64,000 nucleotides of DNA from an uncultured delta proteobacterium. GTDB lineage: Bacteria > Myxococcota_A > Polyangia > Polyangiales > Polyangiaceae. Position numbers and translations under genes: made by a program. Location of the stretch: the NCBI GenBank assembly GCA_963696385.1, contig CAVOKF010000003.1, forward strand, positions 640,001 through 704,000, written 5' to 3'. The notes under the pieces are model-generated. The model searched no databases. It had not been told where the DNA came from and was given only the letters and a program-made list of their open reading frames with translations. Below, piece after piece: positions 61,565 to 64,000 of the stretch (its first letter is position 1; every line of letters starts with the position of its first letter).

Positions 61565-61827
61565 GGCCCGCTCTACCGCGCTGCGCACGGGGGCGACACA
61601 GATAAAAACGGCACCGCATAGGGGCCCGGGGGGGGAGAGCCGGCCTACGCGGTGCCGCTCGCCTACGATGCGACGAGTATGCCAGGCTGCGCACCGAAGC
61701 GTTCTCGAGAACTTGCGCCGCGTGCCACGGAGGTCGGCGTTCAGAAACGAAATGAGCCGCCCGCCGAGGATTTCACAATTGAAACGACCCTCGTCGGTTC
61801 GATCGCTATGGAGATCCTGTGGACAAT

Positions 61828-62005
61828 TCAGGGCTCCGCCGTGGTCGGCGAGGGCAGACCACGCGCCAACACGATGAGCTCGTCGCATTCCCCTGCCGCT
61901 TCTGCCGGTGCCGCCGCGGTCGAGGCGCGTGCAAGGCCGAACAGGCGGCTCCTGACGCTCTCGATCCCTTTCGGGACCCTCATGGGCGCTTCTGGTCTCC
62001 CTAAC
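61828..62005 (-). pseudogene. 3' fragment of a gene interrupted by the IS; 5' part at 63923 to beyond 64000
   Basis: Removing the IS and one target-duplication copy restores a stop-free frame: GKLDVLDLPIAPADLALWPPQRESLGRPEAPMRVPKG...TAEP*. Confidence 0.65.
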
Positions 62006-63922
62006 CTGAAGTTCCCCGCCCGCCGGGACACAATGCGGCCTATTTTCCCTGGATCCGTCGAAATCGCGGCCTGAGTTACTGCCTACACGGCGATGGCTTC
62101 AAGTAGCTGGAGGGCTCTCGCTTGCTCGGGTGACGGGACGGTCAGCATGGTGAAAGTCTGGCCTTCGTTGTCGGCTCCGACGGGCGCGAAGGTGCTTCGG
62201 GTGATCGTGGCGAGATTGGCGAGAAGGGTACGGAAGCTGTGGACGGGCGCCCCGTCCTCGCTTCGCTTGGTGGCGACCTTATCGAGTGCACCGGGCGACC
62301 GGGTGGCCGGCGCGACCGGGTCTCTCGTGTTCTTGGCAGCCTGGTCCTCGTCCGAGAAGAGGACCGGTCGCCACGCTTCGCGCATGTGCCACTCCACGTA
62401 GAAAGCGAGCGTGCACAGGAAGATGTGCGCTCGGACTCGGTTTTCCAAGTGGTGGTGAATGGGGCGCACCTTCAAGTCGATCGTCTTGATGGATCGGAAT
62501 GCGCGTTCGACATTCGCGAGCTTCTTGTAATGGCGAACGGCCTGTTCGTCGCTGGTCGACTCTTGGCTCAAGGACGTACGAATCACGTATACGCCGTCGA
62601 GTGCTGCCTCCTCTGCGATGCGATCCTCGCGGAGGCGATACTCGAATGTGGAATCATGGATTTCGAGTAAGAAGTGCTTGGCCACCTTATGCTTGTTGAT
62701 CACTTTTCCGATCCGTAGCCCGATCGCTGCTTTGCCCACCAGCTTTCCGCGAGCCACAATTCTCTGCACCGCGTCGAGTTCTTTGCGTGTCGCGTCGACA
62801 AGGCTCTGGCGCTTGTGTGCGCGCAATCGTGCGAGATCGTGGTTCTTGCATGCGATCAACCGCTCACCGGCAAGTTTTGGGTCCCGCACGGAAAACAGAT
62901 TGCGTTCGTCGAAGAGTCCGAGTTGCAGAACGCCCGAGTGCACGAGGGATCGAATGCGACCGCTCTTGAGCGCGGTAACCCAGGTCATCCCACCGGTTTT
63001 GCGAAGCGACGAAATCTGTTTCTCCGTGATCATCCCGCGGTCACCCACAATCACGAATCCGTCAATCCCGAAGTCGGATCGAACACGCTCCACCTGGTCG
63101 AGGAGCGTCGTCGAATCGGATGCGTTTCCCTCGTAAACCTGGACCGCAATGGGACAGCCCCGTTCATCGGTGAGAAGGCCATAGTTGACCTGCAGCTTGC
63201 CCTTCTTGCCATCGCGGTTGTATCCGAACTTGGCAAGCGGACATTGGTGTCCTTCAAAATAGCTCGATGACAGATCGTAGAGCACCAACCCTTGCTGGCG
63301 CAGGTGACGCGTCGCCAACTTCTTCTCGATCGCGTCCTGCCGCTCGAAGAGCCAATCCATGGCGTCGTACAGGTCATCTTCGGTCGCATCCGCGACCCCG
63401 AGGTCTTCGGGCAGGGTCGTGGTCTTCCAGGCCCTCGTCGTCGCGAGCTTGCTCTGGGCATCGGTGATGCGCGCCACCAACAGGGCCATCACCAGATCGC
63501 GCTGGCGGCTTGGTTGTCGGTCGATGAGGACCTCGAGCCCCAACTTGCGAATGACTTGCCGAACGGCGTCGACCGCACCGTGGCTTTGGTCGCGCACCTT
63601 TCGGATCGGCCCGTCCGGGCCAAACAAGGGCTCCCCGCGGAGCGCTCGCCGCATCCCCTCCACCTGCTTTTCCGTCAACGACGACAGGTTCGCCAGCGTG
63701 CGCGACTTGACCCGTCCGCCCTCTCGATACGACTCGCGCAGCAGGATCGCCGGTGGAGAGCCGCGGTTCGGCACGGTTGCGATGTACATGCCTCCGCATC
63801 ATGCACATCGAATCGATAATGGAAAGCTATTTCTATCTGTTTACATGCCTACATTTCGGGTCAATTTTGCCGATTCCACAGCAAGATCGCGAACTTCGGC
63901 GATTTTGGTTCAGGAACTTCAG
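62006..63922 (-). mobile_element. Complete IS1634-family insertion sequence, 1917 bp
   Basis: Perfect 10-bp terminal IRs CTGAAGTTCC (62006-62015) and GGAACTTCAG (63913-63922); flanking direct repeat CCTAAC (62000-62005, 63923-63928). Confidence 0.92.
62083..63789 (-). CDS. IS1634-family DDE transposase
   Basis: LLRESYREGG.VK.RTLANLS, LYDLSSSYFEG, GDRGM, VERAFR..K, RVRAH; intact 568-aa ORF. Confidence 0.93.
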   Translation of the reverse strand: MYIATVPNRGSPPAILLRESYREGGRVKSRTLANLSSLTEKQVEGMRRALRGEPLFGPDGPIRKVRDQSHGAVDAVRQVIRKLGLEVLIDRQPSRQRDLVMALLVARITDAQSKLATTRAWKTTTLPEDLGVADATEDDLYDAMDWLFERQDAIEKKLATRHLRQQGLVLYDLSSSYFEGHQCPLAKFGYNRDGKKGKLQVNYGLLTDERGCPIAVQVYEGNASDSTTLLDQVERVRSDFGIDGFVIVGDRGMITEKQISSLRKTGGMTWVTALKSGRIRSLVHSGVLQLGLFDERNLFSVRDPKLAGERLIACKNHDLARLRAHKRQSLVDATRKELDAVQRIVARGKLVGKAAIGLRIGKVINKHKVAKHFLLEIHDSTFEYRLREDRIAEEAALDGVYVIRTSLSQESTSDEQAVRHYKKLANVERAFRSIKTIDLKVRPIHHHLENRVRAHIFLCTLAFYVEWHMREAWRPVLFSDEDQAAKNTRDPVAPATRSPGALDKVATKRSEDGAPVHSFRTLLANLATITRSTFAPVGADNEGQTFTMLTVPSPEQARALQLLEAIAV

Positions 63923-64000
63923 CCTAACGACTCCCGCTGAGGCGGCCAAAGGGCGAGGTCCGCCGGGGCGATTGGCAAGTCGAGCACGTCGAGCTTCCCA

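Overview
High-GC, densely coding 64-kb chromosomal segment, mostly housekeeping. The gene repertoire (Ser/Thr kinase with GYF/DUF4388-like domains, PP2C phosphatase, FHA-CpaF, HD-GYP regulator, bacterial dynamin) points to a myxobacterium, probably Polyangiaceae-like; that assignment is inference. Recognisable genes: thrB, gatB, frr, hemE-hemH-hemY, lipB, guaB, glnE, yceD-rpmF-fabD-fabG-acpP-fabF-nrdR-ribD-def and an RpoD-like sigma factor. I saw no rRNA, tRNA or CRISPR array. One complete IS1634-family element (62006-63922, 10-bp inverted repeats, 6-bp CCTAAC target duplication) interrupts a minus-strand gene. Most notable observations: (1) a single-polypeptide fusion of an m5U methyltransferase (RlmC/D type) and a RluA-family pseudouridine synthase; (2) a HARE-HTH/delta-like protein with acidic and poly-Arg tracts fused to an apparently inactive Mrr-type nuclease domain; (3) a recurring leaderless layout, with a -10 box 6-7 nt before the start codon and no Shine-Dalgarno; (4) two B12-mutase large subunits, one with MCM and one with ICM specificity residues; (5) a heme/Fe-S redox block (tetraheme lipoprotein, Tat DUF362 protein, NapH-NapG fusion, Bacillus-type hemEHY); (6) an FHA-CpaF protein with all ATPase motifs degenerate. 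All family assignments come from motifs read by eye; no database searches were run.
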